DNA of 64,000 bases from Mobula hypostoma (taxonomy: Eukaryota): NCBI RefSeq assembly GCF_963921235.1, contig NC_086097.1, positions 150,600,001-150,664,000 of the forward strand, read 5' to 3'. How positions within the stretch are numbered: the first letter of the stretch is position 1; the number at the start of each line of letters is the position of its first letter. Both the position numbers and the translations under genes were made by a program. The notes beneath the pieces were generated by a model. It was not told the DNA's origin, searched no databases, and saw only the letters and a list, made by a program, of their open reading frames with translations. Below are positions 26,770-38,814 of this stretch, piece by piece.

Positions 26770-27340
26770 CAAGCCTTTATGAGACACTAGTCGGGCCACA
26801 CTTGGAGTATTGTCAACAGTTTTGGGCCCAATATCTCAGAAAGGATGTGTTGTCATTGGAGAGAGTCCAGAGGAGGTTCATGAGGATGATTCCGGGAATG
26901 AAGGGGTTAACATATGAGAAGTGTTTGGCAGCTTTGGGCCTGTACTCACTGGAATTTAGAAGAATGCATGGTATCTCATTGAAACTACCAAATTTAAAAG
27001 GACCAGAAAGGGAGGATGTGGAGAGGATGTTTCCTATGGTGGGAGTATCCAGAACTAGATGGCACAGCCTCAAAATTGAGGGGCGATCCTTTAGAAGAGA
27101 GGCAAGGAGGTATTTTTTTAGCCAGAGAGCAGTAAATTCTGGAATGCTCTGCCACAGACTGCAGTGGAAGCCAAGTCCATGGGTATATTTAAGGCAGAAG
27201 TTGATTGTTTCCTGATTGGTCAGGGATATGACGAGAAGGCAGGTGTATGGGGTTGAGTGGGATACAAGATTAGCCGTGATGGAATGGTGGAACAGACTCG
27301 ACAGGCTAAATGGCCTAATCCTGCTCTTATGTCTTATGAT
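26770..27340 (+). mobile_element. CR1 LINE 3' fragment
   Basis: LVGPHLEYCQQFW...LERVQRRF motif and CR1 tail. Confidence 0.85.
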
Positions 27341-27459
27341 CTGTATCAATGATTTTAACTGGGTCGTGTAACTCTTTAGGTCCTTGGATTTTAACTTTCA
27401 AGCTTATTTGCTTGCATATTGCTTCACACCCAATAATTCCTATTAACTGAATCTCATAT

Positions 27460-29160
27460 TCTGTGGTTGTAAATAGACCCTTTGGCCCAGCTGTCCTGAG
27501 CATACTAAGATTTCCATCTAAGCTGGTCCCATGCTCCCACGTTTGGCCCATATTCCTCTAAACCTTTCCTATTCATGTACAAGTACCAGTTAAAAGTTGT
27601 CATTCCATAGACTAACCACCCTCTGTGCGAAAGTTTCCCTTCAGGTTCCTATTATATCTCTCACCTTAAACTTCTGTCCTCTAGTTCTTGATTCCCCCAT
27701 CAATCTTGAAAGAACGATATAACTTACAAAGAGGTCATTCAGACCATCAAGTTTGAAGATATATTGCAAGGAAGAAAGTTTCAGAATAGACACTTTGGGC
27801 ATGGTTGATTACAATACATCTTGATTTTACTCTTTAACCCACTCGTTGAGTAACAAAATTGAGCTAATCCTATTTGCCTGTATTTGGCCCTTATCCATCC
27901 AAACCTTTCCAATCCATGTAGCTGTTCAAATTCCTTTTAACTGCTACTTTCTCTGACAGCTCTTTGTAAATACCCACCACCCTCTGTATGAAAGAAAGGC
28001 CTCTTTGCCCGCTTTAAATCCTTCCCACTCTCGGACCTATGTCATCTAGTTTTAAACTCCCCTATCCTGGGAAAACAACTATAACCATTTATCTAGGGCC
28101 ATTGTGATTTTATAAATCTTTATAAGGTCATTCCTCAGCCTCCAAAGCCCAAGCCTATCCAGTCTTTCCTTAAAACTCACGCCCTTTGTTCTGCACGCTT
28201 TGGCAATCAGGCCACCCACAAGTCCAAGTGTAGCCTTTCCAACATCCTGTACAGTTGTAACCTAGTGTCTCAACCGCTGCACTCGATGCCCTGAGTAACA
28301 AAGACCAGCATGTCAAATGCCTTCACCACCACCCTCTCTAACAGGGAATGACTTGTACCTCTTCGTCTCTCTGTTGTACCATTCCCAAGAACCCTGCCAT
28401 TTATTGTGTAAGTCCAGCACTGCTTTAACTTAACAATATGCAAGCCTTTGCAGTTGTCAGAGTTCAAACTCCATCTGTCATTTCTTATCCCACTTACCCA
28501 GTTTTTTTCTAGGTTCCACTGTAATCTTAAAATATCATCTGCACTGTCCACTAATAACACCAATTTTAGTGTTGACCACAAACATGTCAATGTTTGGATC
28601 TTTCAAAAGGCTAAAATCTATGTAGACAACATCTACCATCCTGTCTCAAACAATTTCTTGCTGCCCTCTTCAAAAAACTCAAATTCACGCCTTTCCAAAT
28701 GCAGATAGATCTTGTCTCCAGTAACTTTCTCATAACTGATGTTAGGCTCACTGGCCTGCTGTTCTATGGCTTGTCATTACAGCCTTTTTAAAAGCACAAT
28801 GCTAGCTACCTTCTAGTCGTCCACTACCTAACCCATGCCTAACTCTGATATAAATATCTTAGCCAGGGCCCCAGCAATTTCTTCCCTAGTTTCCCTCAAT
28901 TTCCTAGGATAGACTTGGTCAGGCCCTGGGTTCTTCTCCATCTTTTTGCTCTCCTAACACTGCCACCACCTCCTGTTTTGTCATCTGGATACAATTCAGG
29001 GCATCTCTATTCTTTTCCCTGAATTCCATTGCTTCCATGGCCTTCTCGATGCAAATACAGACAAGAAATGTTCACTTAAAACTATGGCTATCTACTGTGG
29101 CTCCACACATAGATATCCACATCAACCATTAAGAGGCCCTTAATCACTCCTTAGCTAATT
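27460..29160 (-). mobile_element. Degraded CR1 LINE fragments
   Basis: RT and C-terminal remnants plus two CR1-type 3' ends. Confidence 0.65.
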
Positions 29161-29635
29161 GGACCGCCAACAATGACAAATTCATCAGCCATGCTTTCCT
29201 TTACTCCTGACGTGCCCCAGGACAGTAGCATGGATGGCTAGAGGCCAAAGAAGATTACCTGTCGTTGGGTTAGAGGATTAAGTATGTGTGTTGTTGGGAG
29301 GAAGGTACAGGGCTTGTTTTGCTCGTTTTGTGTTCTGCATTCTATCATGCATTGTAGGCATGAGATATTTTCTCTATGTATCCCGACACTTGTAGGCTGC
29401 CCCCACGCACCCTCTGGTGTGTTGATTATCACAAACAGTGCATTTGCCTGTGTGTTTTGATGTACAAATGGTTAATCAATTTGAATCTTAAGTATTGATG
29501 TAGATATTTATATGTGGTACACAGTAGATGGGCGAGTTTTAAATTTAACACCCACCGCATGCTAACCATAGATTATTAGTTAAAATGAAACACACAAGCC
29601 TAGTTTTCATTTGAATCCTCAGGCTTTCTGAGAAT

Positions 29636-29641
29636 TTTATT
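29636..29641 (-). terminator. Polyadenylation signal for the protamine-like gene
   Basis: AATAAA about 130 nt after the stop codon, followed on the minus strand by a GT/T-rich tract (cttgtgtgtttcatttt). Confidence 0.55.
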
Positions 29642-29769
29642 ATTTCATGTACATTGGTGTGGTACAGTAAAAGTGATGATGGGCTTTTTTTTAGGCCGGT
29701 AGATGTTCACAACACAGTCTATTTCATGTTCATTTCTTGTTCTAGGCCTTTTACTATTAGGGCATCTTT

Positions 29770-29913
29770 TCACCGCCTGCAACGTGCACGTCTTTTCTTA
29801 ACTCTTTGTTTTTTACATTTTCCTTTGGCATTCTTACGGTGATGAATTGGACTTGAGAAATTCCGATGAGCCTTGGCTAGCTTTGGCCCTCGCCGCTTCC
29901 CACTGCAACACAT
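29770..29913 (-). CDS. Candidate protamine / sperm nuclear basic protein, 47 aa, nested in ZFAT intron 2
   Basis: MCCSGKRRGPKLAKAHRNFSSPIHHRKNAKGKCKKQRVKKRRARCRR*: 10 K, 10 R, 4 C, 3 H and no D/E. G at -3 of the ATG, upstream TATA and CRE-like sites, downstream AATAAA. Confidence 0.7.
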   Translation of the reverse strand: MCCSGKRRGPKLAKAHRNFSSPIHHRKNAKGKCKKQRVKKRRARCRR

Positions 29914-29967
29914 CGCTATGTTCAAGCTTGAGGTTCACAGATTGTGTATCTTTATGTCTGTTGCAGC

Positions 29968-30027
29968 TTTATATAACATACACAAAGCTGGCTGCTCATT
30001 GTGACATCAGCTGAACTCATTACATCA
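29968..30027 (-). promoter_or_regulatory. TATA box and CRE-like elements upstream of the protamine-like ORF
   Basis: Minus-strand TATATAAA at 29975-29968, TGATGTCA at 30009-30002 (one mismatch to CRE TGACGTCA) and TGATGTAA at 30027-30020. Confidence 0.65.
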
Positions 30028-30454
30028 CATATTTTTGGGTCCAAATTTGGTATAATCTTCGACAAGCATTGTGACATTAGTGCAAGGTTACTGCCTTTTT
30101 GGGTTAAATAGTCAACAATGCACCCTCTACAGTCTCACTAAGTGGAGGGACTTCTACTAAAGGAAAAGTAAATGTTGGCAGAATAAGAACAGACAACCAC
30201 ATGGGATAATTGCTTACCAGCAAAGTCCTGAACCATATCAATTTGCAGAAATTTGAAGTTTCATCCAGTGCATCACTAATTGCATCTACTTTGTCTCCTT
30301 AATGACAATAGAGTAACTTATTCAAAAATGCTCCTAAACCTTCCTTGGTGTCACATAGATGTAGACTCGTGCTTTCAATGCCAATTGGCCTTGGAGTGAA
30401 AGCTTCCAGTGCAGGTGATTAGTTTAAATGAAAGCCACAAGAGCTGCCTTGAGA

Positions 30455-30790
30455 TTTTGGTCTCGGCCCGAAATGCCGACTGTACTTCTTCCTAGAGATG
30501 CTGTTGGGCTGCTGCGTTCACCAGCAACTTTGATGTGTGTTGCTTGAGATTTTAGTCACTGATTCTCCTCAAATGAATTTCACACCCAGTAACACACACA
30601 AAATATTGGAGGAACTCAGTAGGCCAGGCAGTATTTACGGGAAAAAGTATAGTCGACGTTTCGGGCTGAAACCCATCGGCAGGATGGGAACAGCGACTGT
30701 ATTTTTTCCATAGATGCTGCCTGGCCTGCTGAGTTCCTCCAGCATTTTGTGTGTGTTGCTCGGATTTCCAGCATCTGCAGATTTTCTCTT
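30455..30790. mobile_element. Cluster of Penelope-like terminal repeat fragments (another copy at 21872-21962)
   Basis: Recurrent ggtctcggcccgaaa...gactg...agatgctgcctggcctgctg...ccagca motif in both orientations. Confidence 0.6.
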
Positions 30791-31584
30791 GTTTGTTCAT
30801 GTCCAGTAATTGTTTTACAGAAAAAAACAAACCCTTTGATTATGAAAATAAAATCTGATCTTTGCCTCAGCTCCACTTTTTAAACACCTTTACAGAGGAA
30901 AGATTTCTCTATGGCCATGAATATTCAATTATTCAGCCTCCACAGTCCGTATGAGCGGAGTATTCCTAAGATTCACAACCATCAGAAAAATAGGGCTTAC
31001 ATTGGTCTTAAGTGAGCAACTCTTAAAGCTATGTGCACACCAGTTTTAGGTTTCACACAAGAAAAAACAGCATACAGAATCTCAAAAGCTTCCATGGAAT
31101 CTTCTGATATTCTTCAAAACTGCATGAGGTTATGCAAAACCTGCTTAAATTTTTCCTTTCAGTTAACTCCTTCATCACACAAAACAACTGTTGATTTTTT
31201 TCTTTGAAAATTACCTTCCTAAAAAAAGATCAAAACTGCACATCATAGTCCATACGTGCTCTTAACATTGACTTGTACAGCTATAACAAGACTCCCCTGC
31301 TTTAATACAAAAACAAAGTTTTTTTGAGTGTACTCAAAAAGTCAGGCAGTGTCAGCGAGAGGAGACATAGAATCAACATTTATATTCAAGCATTGCTCAT
31401 CAAAACTGGAAAACTGAGACAAGCATGTTTCTGGCTGTGAGATCTTTCCTGTTGCTTGCAGGATCTCCTGGCTTTAGGATCGGGCTTTCATTTCTAGCTT
31501 GCCTACTTAAGATCGGTACTTCATTTTTGAATAAACTGGCAGTGCTCCTGGAAAGTTCTTCAGACTTAATTGAATATTGTTTCA

Positions 31585-34500
31585 TAGAACATAGAATAGT
31601 ACAGCACATTACAGGCCCTTCGGCCCGCAATGTTGTGCCGACTCTCAATCCCTGCCTCCCATATAACCCCCCACCTTAAATTCCTCCATATACCTGTCTA
31701 GTAGTCTTTTAAACTTGACTAGTGTATCTGCCTCCACCACTGACTCAGGCAGTGTATTCCACACACCAACCACTCTCTGAGTAAAAAACCTTGCTCTAAT
31801 ATCCCCCTTGAACTTCCCACCCCTTACCTTAAAACCATGTCCTCTTCTATTGAGCAGTGGTGCCCTGGGGAAGAGGCACAGGCTATCCACTCTATCTATT
31901 CCTCTTATTATCTTGTACATCTCTATCATGTCTCCTCTCATTCTCCTTCTCTCCAAAGAGTAAAGCCCTGGCTCCCCTAATCTCTGATCATAATGCATAC
32001 TCTCTAAACCAGGCAGCATCCTGGTAAATATCCTCTGTACCCTTTCCAATGCTTCCACATCCTTCCTACAGTGAGGCGACCAGAAATGGACACAGTACTC
32101 CATGTGTGGCCTAACCAGAGTTTTATAGAGCTGCATCATTACCCCGCGACTCTTAAACTCTATCCCTCGACTTATGAAAGCTAACACCCCATAAGCTTTC
32201 TTAACTACCCTATCTACCTGTGAGGCAACTTTCAGGGATCTGTGGACATGTACCCCCAGATTCCTCTGCTCCTCCACACTACCAAGTATCCTGCCATTTA
32301 CTTTGTACTCTGCCTTGGAGTTTGTCCTTCCAAAGTGTACCACCTCACACTTCTCCGGATTAAACTCCATCTGCCACTTCTCAGCCCACTTCTGCATCCT
32401 ATCAATGTCTCTCTGCAATCTTTGACAATCCTCTACACTATCTACAACACCACCAACCTTTGTGTCGTCTGCAAACTTGCCAACCCACCCTTCTACCCCA
32501 ACATCCAGGTCGTTAATAAAAATCACAAAAAGTAGAGGTCCCAGAACAGATCCTTGTGGGACACCACTAGTCACAATCCTCCAATCTGAATGTACTCCCT
32601 CCACCACCACCCTCTGCCTTCTGCAGGCAAGCCAATTCTGAATCCACCTGGCCAAACTTCCCTGGATCCTATGCCTTCTGACTTTCTGAATAAGCATACT
32701 GTGTGGAACCTTGTCAAATGCCTTACTAAAATCCATATAGATCACAACCACTGCACTACCCTCATCTATATGCCTGGTCACCTCCTCAAAGAACTCTATC
32801 AGGCTTGTTAGACATGATCTGCCCTTCACAAAGCCATGCTGACTGTCCCTGATCAGACCATGATTCTCTAAATGCCCATAGATCCTATCTCTAAGAATCT
32901 TTTCCAACAGCTTTCCCACCACAGGCGTAAGGCTCACATGGTCTATAATTACCTGGACTATCCCTACTACCTTTTTTGAATAAGGGGACAACATTTGCCT
33001 CCCTCCAATCCTCTGGTACCATGCCCGTGGACAACGAGGACATAAAGATCCTAGCCAGAGGCTCAGCAATCTCTTCCCTCACCTCGTGGAGCAGCCTGGG
33101 GAATATTCCGTCAGGCCCCATGGAATTATCCATCCTAATGTATTTTAACAACTCCAACACCTCCTCTCCCTTAAAATCAACATGCTCCAGAACATCAACC
33201 TCACTCATATTGTCCTCACCTTCATCAAGTTCCCTCTCGTTGGTGAATACTGGTGAGAAGTATTCATTGAGGACCTCGCTCACTTCCACAGCCTCCAGGC
33301 ACATCTTCCCACCTTTATCTCTCTTTATCAGTCCTACCTTCACTCCTGTCATCCTTTTTTTCTTCACGCAATTGAAGAATGCCTTGGGGTTTTCCTTTAC
33401 CCTACTCGCCAAGGCCTTCTCATGCCCCCTTCTTGCTCTTCTCAGCCCTTTCTTAAGCTCCTTTCTTGCTTCCCTACATTCCTCAATAGACCCATCTGAT
33501 CCTTGCTTCTACATAAGGCAAACCTCATGTATGCTGCCTTCTTCCATCTGACTAGATTTTCCACCTCACTTGTCACCCATGGTTCCTTCACCCTACCAGT
33601 CTTTATCTTCCTCACCAGGACAAATTTATCCCTAACATCCTGCAAGAGATCTCTAAACATCGACCACATGTCCATAGTACATTTCCCTGCAAAAACATCA
33701 TTTCAATTCACACCCGCAAGTCCTAGCCTTATAGCCTCATAATTTGCCCTTCCCCAATTAAAAATTTTCCTGTCCTCTCTGTTTCTATCCTTTTCCATGA
33801 TAATGCAAAAGTCCAGGGAGCGGTGGTCACTGTCCCCCAGATGCTCACCCACTGAGAGATCTGTGACCTGACCCGGTTCATTACCAAGTACTAGATCTAG
33901 TATGGCATTCCCCCTGGTCGGCCTGTCCACATACTGTGACAGGAATCCATCCTGGACGCACTTAACAAACTCTGCCCCATCTAAACCCTTGGAACTAATC
34001 GGGTGCCTATCAATATTAGGGAAGTTAAAGTCACCCATGACAACAACCCTGTTATTTTTGCACCTTTCCAAAATCTGCCTCCCAGTCTGCTCCTCTGTAT
34101 CTCTGCTGCTACCAGGAGGCCTATAGAATACCTCCAATAGAGTAACTGCTTCCTTCCTGTTCCTGACTTCCACCCATACTGACTCAAAAGAGGATCCTGC
34201 TACATCACTCACCCTTTCTGTAGCTGTAATAGTATCCCTGACCAGTAATGCCACCCCTCCTCCCCTCCACCCCCCCCCATCCCTTTTAAAGCACTGAAAT
34301 CCGGGAATATTGAGAATCCATTCCTGCCCTGGTGCCAGCCAAGTCTCTGTAATGGCCACTACATCATAATTCCATGTATGTATCCAAGCTCTCAGTTCAT
34401 CACCTTTGTTCCTGATGCTTCTTGCATTGAGGTACACACACTTCAGCCCTTCTACCTTACTACCTTTACACTGTTTATTCTGCTTCTCTTTCCTCAAAGC

Positions 34501-35920
34501 CTCTCTGTATGTTAGATCTGGCTTTACTGCATGCACTTCTTTCACTGGTCTATCGCTCTGGGTCCCATCCCCCTTGCAAATTAGTTTAAACCCTCCCAAA
34601 CCATGCTAGCAAACCTACCTGCAAGGATATTGCTCCCCCTCGAGTTCAGGTGCAACCCACCCAATCTGTACGGGTCCCACCTTCCCCAAAAGAGATCCCA
34701 ATAATCCAAAAACCCTGTTCCCTGCACCAACTCCTCAGCCACGCATTCAACTGCCATCTCCTCCAATTCTTACCATCACTGTCACGTAGCACTGGCAGCA
34801 ATCCTGAAAACGCCACCCTTGAGGTCCTGATCTTCAGCCTTCTGCCTAATTCCCGAAACTCACACTCAGGACCTCATCCCTCTTCCTGCCCATGTCGTTG
34901 GTCCCAACATGTATCATGACTTCTGGTTGCTTTCCCTCTCGTACCAGGATGTCGCGCACCCGGTCAGAGACATCCCAGACCCTGGCACCCGGGAGGCAAC
35001 AAACCATGCGGGTGTCCTTCTCACATCCACAAAGTTTCCTGTCTGCTCTCCTGACTATAGAGTCTCCAATGATGAAAGCTCTCCTCGTCTCCGTCCCACC
35101 CTTCTGCACCACTGGGTCAGACTCAGTGCCAGAGGCCCTGCCACCGTGGCTCACACCTGGTCGGTCGTCCCCTCCAACGGTATCTAGGACAGTAAACTTA
35201 TTATTCAGGGGAATGGCTACAGAGGTGCTCTGCACTACCTGTCTGCTCACCTTCACTTTCCCCCTCTGACTGTCACCCAACGACCTGCTTCCGACAGCCT
35301 AGGTGTGACTACCTCCCTGTACCTCTCATCTATGACTGCCTCATTCTCCCTTATGAGTCGAAGGTCATCCAGCTGCTGCTTCAGATTCCTTACATGGTCT
35401 TCCAGATCGCCCAGCCATATGCACTTCTGGCAGATGTGACTCTGCAGGAGAGGGGCGTTCCCCCAAGACTGCCACATCTCACATGACAGGCACATCACCG
35501 TCTCAGGAGACATTGTAAGGACTAACTGCGAGCGAGCTCATCCTCCGCCTCTTCTCGTCGAAGCCTTTCGAGTCAAAGCCTCAAAGCTCCACTCCTTCAC
35601 TGGCTGGCTGGCTGGCTCGCTCGCCCGCTCACGCTCTGGCCGCTTTCCACAGGCCGCTCCGCTTGAGCTACTCCTCTATTTATCTGTTTGAGCTTTTCAA
35701 ACTGCTTGGTCACCCGACCTCGATTGCCCAATCAGCTGCTTTCTGCTGAGTCTGAGCTATTCAAATCTTGATTGTCTAATCAACGGCTTTCTGCTGATAT
35801 ATTCAAATCTTGATTGACTTGATTGCACAAACTGCCAAAACTGCCAGAATCTCTCAAGTCAAAGCCTCAAAGCTCCACTCCTTCACTGGCCCACTCACTC
35901 ACTGGCCACTTTCCGCATCA
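31585..35920 (-). mobile_element. Near full-length, relatively young CR1 LINE
   Basis: ORF1 with CxxC...CxxC finger and esterase-like IIGDSIVR / HVGTND (35513-34581). ORF2 with APE (ITETW, GDFN, SDH) and RT (KFADD) over 34599-31645 with a few frameshifts and stops. 5' UTR and (ttctatg) tail present. Confidence 0.95.
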
Positions 35921-36893
35921 ATGATATTGGGCTCAAATTAAATACAGGCTCAAGAACATATGGCCAGCAGGTCACTCAAACCTGCCCCACCATTCATTAT
36001 GACCATCAATGCTGGCCTTAACAACTGTTCTGTGCCAGTTCCGATTTATCCTCTGTTCCGTGGCCTTTCAAATATTTATCTATGCATTTCTTAACAACAT
36101 AATGACCTTGCTTCCACAACCCTCCAAATGTCCTGGCACAGTTGTACTTCAGAGTTCTTAGCACAAAAATAAAGGCTGGCACTTCAGTATAGACTGAGAC
36201 CCATGTAATTCCGTAGAAGTATGAAAAAGATTTCATTGCAATATTTCAAAAAGTTATCTCCTGGACCACAATTAACTCTGAAAACAAATGGATTCTGTAA
36301 AGTGCATTCTGACATCTTCAAAAAAATGTGACCGTTTTTAAAAAAATCCATCTCCTTTTCTGTCACAGTTAAGGAGTCCATCAACTTTCAACCCTTGTGA
36401 TTTCTTGGCTACTATGATATTTTGTATTAAGCAGTTAACTACTTAGCTTTCTGGTTCCTACCAATTTCCGTTGCATAGAAAACTCGCAGGTTCAGAAATT
36501 CTGTTGTCTTGAAATGCCCCATTTCCCATGAAGCACTCACCAGTCTTTGGATCCAATGTAATTTCCTGAAAGTAAGGATTACCTCTAAAATTCCACTCGA
36601 TGAACAACTGAGCAACTTGACTGGTTACTGTAACACTGCAATTGTTTGGTTTTGTTCGGATCAGTTTGTACCACTAACATTGACACAGTATCAATTAATT
36701 TATTGATATGTATAAGGGTTTCATGTAGCTGACAAAACTATGGTATCTTTGAATCCATTGATTCTTTAATCCAAACGTAGGACTCCAAACTCAGTAAGTT
36801 AATTGATAGATCAGATTGAAGATCTGAAAATAATTAATTGAGGATAAATACATAACGTGAATGAAGAAAGGTGCGATTAATTTGGGATCCTAC

Positions 36894-37064
36894 CTTCTTC
36901 AGTTCTCTCAGGCTTCTCCGATGCCGGAAGAGGTCGTAATGGGACAATGACATCATCTGGTGCATGGCCTTCCTCTGCATGCTTCTCAGAGAAATGAGTT
37001 AATAGCTCATCTTGACATGGGGAAAACAAATTGCAGAGTTTGCACATGAAGATTGAAACCAGCT
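36894..37064 (-). CDS. ZFAT: ZFAT coding exon 2, N-terminal C2H2 finger
   Basis: cacag| acceptor, G|GTAGGA donor, 171 bp. Translates (E)LVSIFMCKLCNLFSPCQDELLTHFSEKHAEEGHAPDDVIVPLRPLPASEKPERTEE, matching the ZFAT N-terminus (IFMCKCCNLFSP...SEKH...IPLRPL). Confidence 0.95.
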
Positions 37065-37429
37065 CTGTGCAACGGTATGGGAAGGTGGACGTGAAAGAAA
37101 AAAGCAGAAATTTAACTATCAGGAAAATATTCAGATTTTATTCCAGTTACTTTGTTAAAACATAATTTGTGTTATTTTGAGATCCAAACTATATGCCAGT
37201 TCAGCAGTAATCTCACTTAGAGAAAAACAGATTACAAAAAACAGCTTCCCATCTGAACACTTTCACCTTCCTGATACTACCAATCCTGACCAGTTTTGGG
37301 CCCCTTATCTAAGAAAAGCTGTGCTAGTATTGGAGAGGGTCCAGAGGAGATTCATGACAATGATTCCTCTGGGCCTGGGCCTGTACTCGCTGGAGTTTAG
37401 GAGAATGGGGGAGGAGTGGCATCTCAATG

Positions 37430-38814
37430 CAGACATCCCACCTCTCCCGGAAGTTCCGGGAGTCTCCGACATATTGATAGTGGCTCCCTGACGCCCGGAA
37501 GTTATATACAATATCCCGGAAATCGATTTTTTTGAGAAAGAGACAGAGAGGGAGAGCGAGCATCCTGATTGGTCTCTCTTTGTGCTAAGAGTGGTCCCCA
37601 ACCACCGGGCCACGAGGAAACAATATGATTTGGTGATATGAAATGATATGAGTCAGCTGCACCTTTCCTCATTCCCTGTCACGCCCAATGTTGAACCTTA
37701 ACGCATGCAAGGTCATTACACATGCGTCATCCATGTCAGCGCGGGAAGAAGATCAACTCCTCGAGCTTGCAAATGACGGCGGGCTGAAAAGTACACTTGA
37801 TATAACATCTCTGTCGGCGTTCTGGATCAAAGTCAAGGCTGAATATCCTGAGATAGCCATGGAAGCACTGAAAATGTTGCTTCCATTTCCAACATATCTC
37901 TGCGAAGCGGAGTTTTCTGCAATGAATGTAACGAAAACTAAATTGCGGAATAGACTGGACATAAGGAACCCCCTTCGAGTATCGCTGTCTCCCATCACCC
38001 TTCGATAGCATCGTCTTGTTGCAGGAAAAGCCCAGGGCTCCCACTGATTCAGCGATATTGGTGTGTTGCAATGATTTTATATGTTCATACGAGGAAAATA
38101 TGCACTGTGTGTTTAATAATAAATTTGTTAGATAAACCCTTTTAGAAACGAAATTGAGTGTATTAGCCACTTAGTTATAAGTGACTTATAGTTGACTTAT
38201 CACCTATATTCCGGTCGTGATTAACGCCCCCTCACCCCCCCGGACAGCCAGTCCGCAAGAATATTGTCAATATTAAACTGGTCCGCGGTGCAAAAAAGGT
38301 TGGGGACTCCTGCTAAGTAGAACTATCAGTTTTCTCTGTGGGCTGGCTTTACAGTCGACCTCAAAATAATGACAGTGTTGCTCGCTGCACTGTTTGCAAC
38401 AGTGACTTTTCTATTGCCCATGTTTCCATGCTGTAATTGTTATATGGTTATATGGTGGGTTAAAATGTAAAAGACATGTTTAGGTGAGTTTAACAGGTGT
38501 CATTCGTCCATTAGCACAGCTAACGTTATTTAAACTAGCTGGCTGGCTGCTAAGGAGCTACGCTATTGATGTCCTACGTGATGAGGCCAAACTCCCTGTA
38601 GACTTGCTTAAAGCTGTAATAGAATAAACATGATAATATAAGTACATATTTTAATGTCACATTTTCTGTATATACCCAACTTGGGTTTACAGATTAGACA
38701 AAATCACTAAACAGAGTATTACATACACACTTGGAGGTCGACTGGTGGGGGGAGGGGGGGATATGGGGTTGCGGGGGGGCGGGGGTGCTACCTCCCTACA
38801 GTGTGGGATGTCTG
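37430..38814 (+). mobile_element. Non-autonomous copy of the 6-bp-TSD hAT family
   Basis: Perfect 12-bp TIR CAGACATCCCAC / GTGGGATGTCTG, TSD TCAATG, and subterminal sequence shared with 22795-25391. Confidence 0.85.
37590..38312 (+). mobile_element. hAT-Charlie/Buster-like non-autonomous element
   Basis: (C)AGTGGTCCCCAACC / GGTTGGGGACTCCTG ends and a C-terminal transposase piece FWIKVKAEYPEIA...LLPFPTYLCEAEFS...KTKLRNRL. The left TSD/terminus is eroded by about 4 nt. Confidence 0.85.

Noticed and set aside
30157..30217. Possible 61-nt GT-AG mini-intron upstream of the protamine-like gene
   Set aside because: It is very short for a vertebrate intron, lies upstream of the TATA box and joins no open frame I could support.
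32976..33551. Long ORFs antisense to CR1 ORF2 (also 54018-54410 and 60708-61205)
   Set aside because: These are shadow frames of LINE coding sequence with no independent evidence.
37688..38008. Domesticated ZBED5/Buster-like gene
   Set aside because: Only a C-terminal fragment within TIR-bounded, multi-copy non-autonomous elements.
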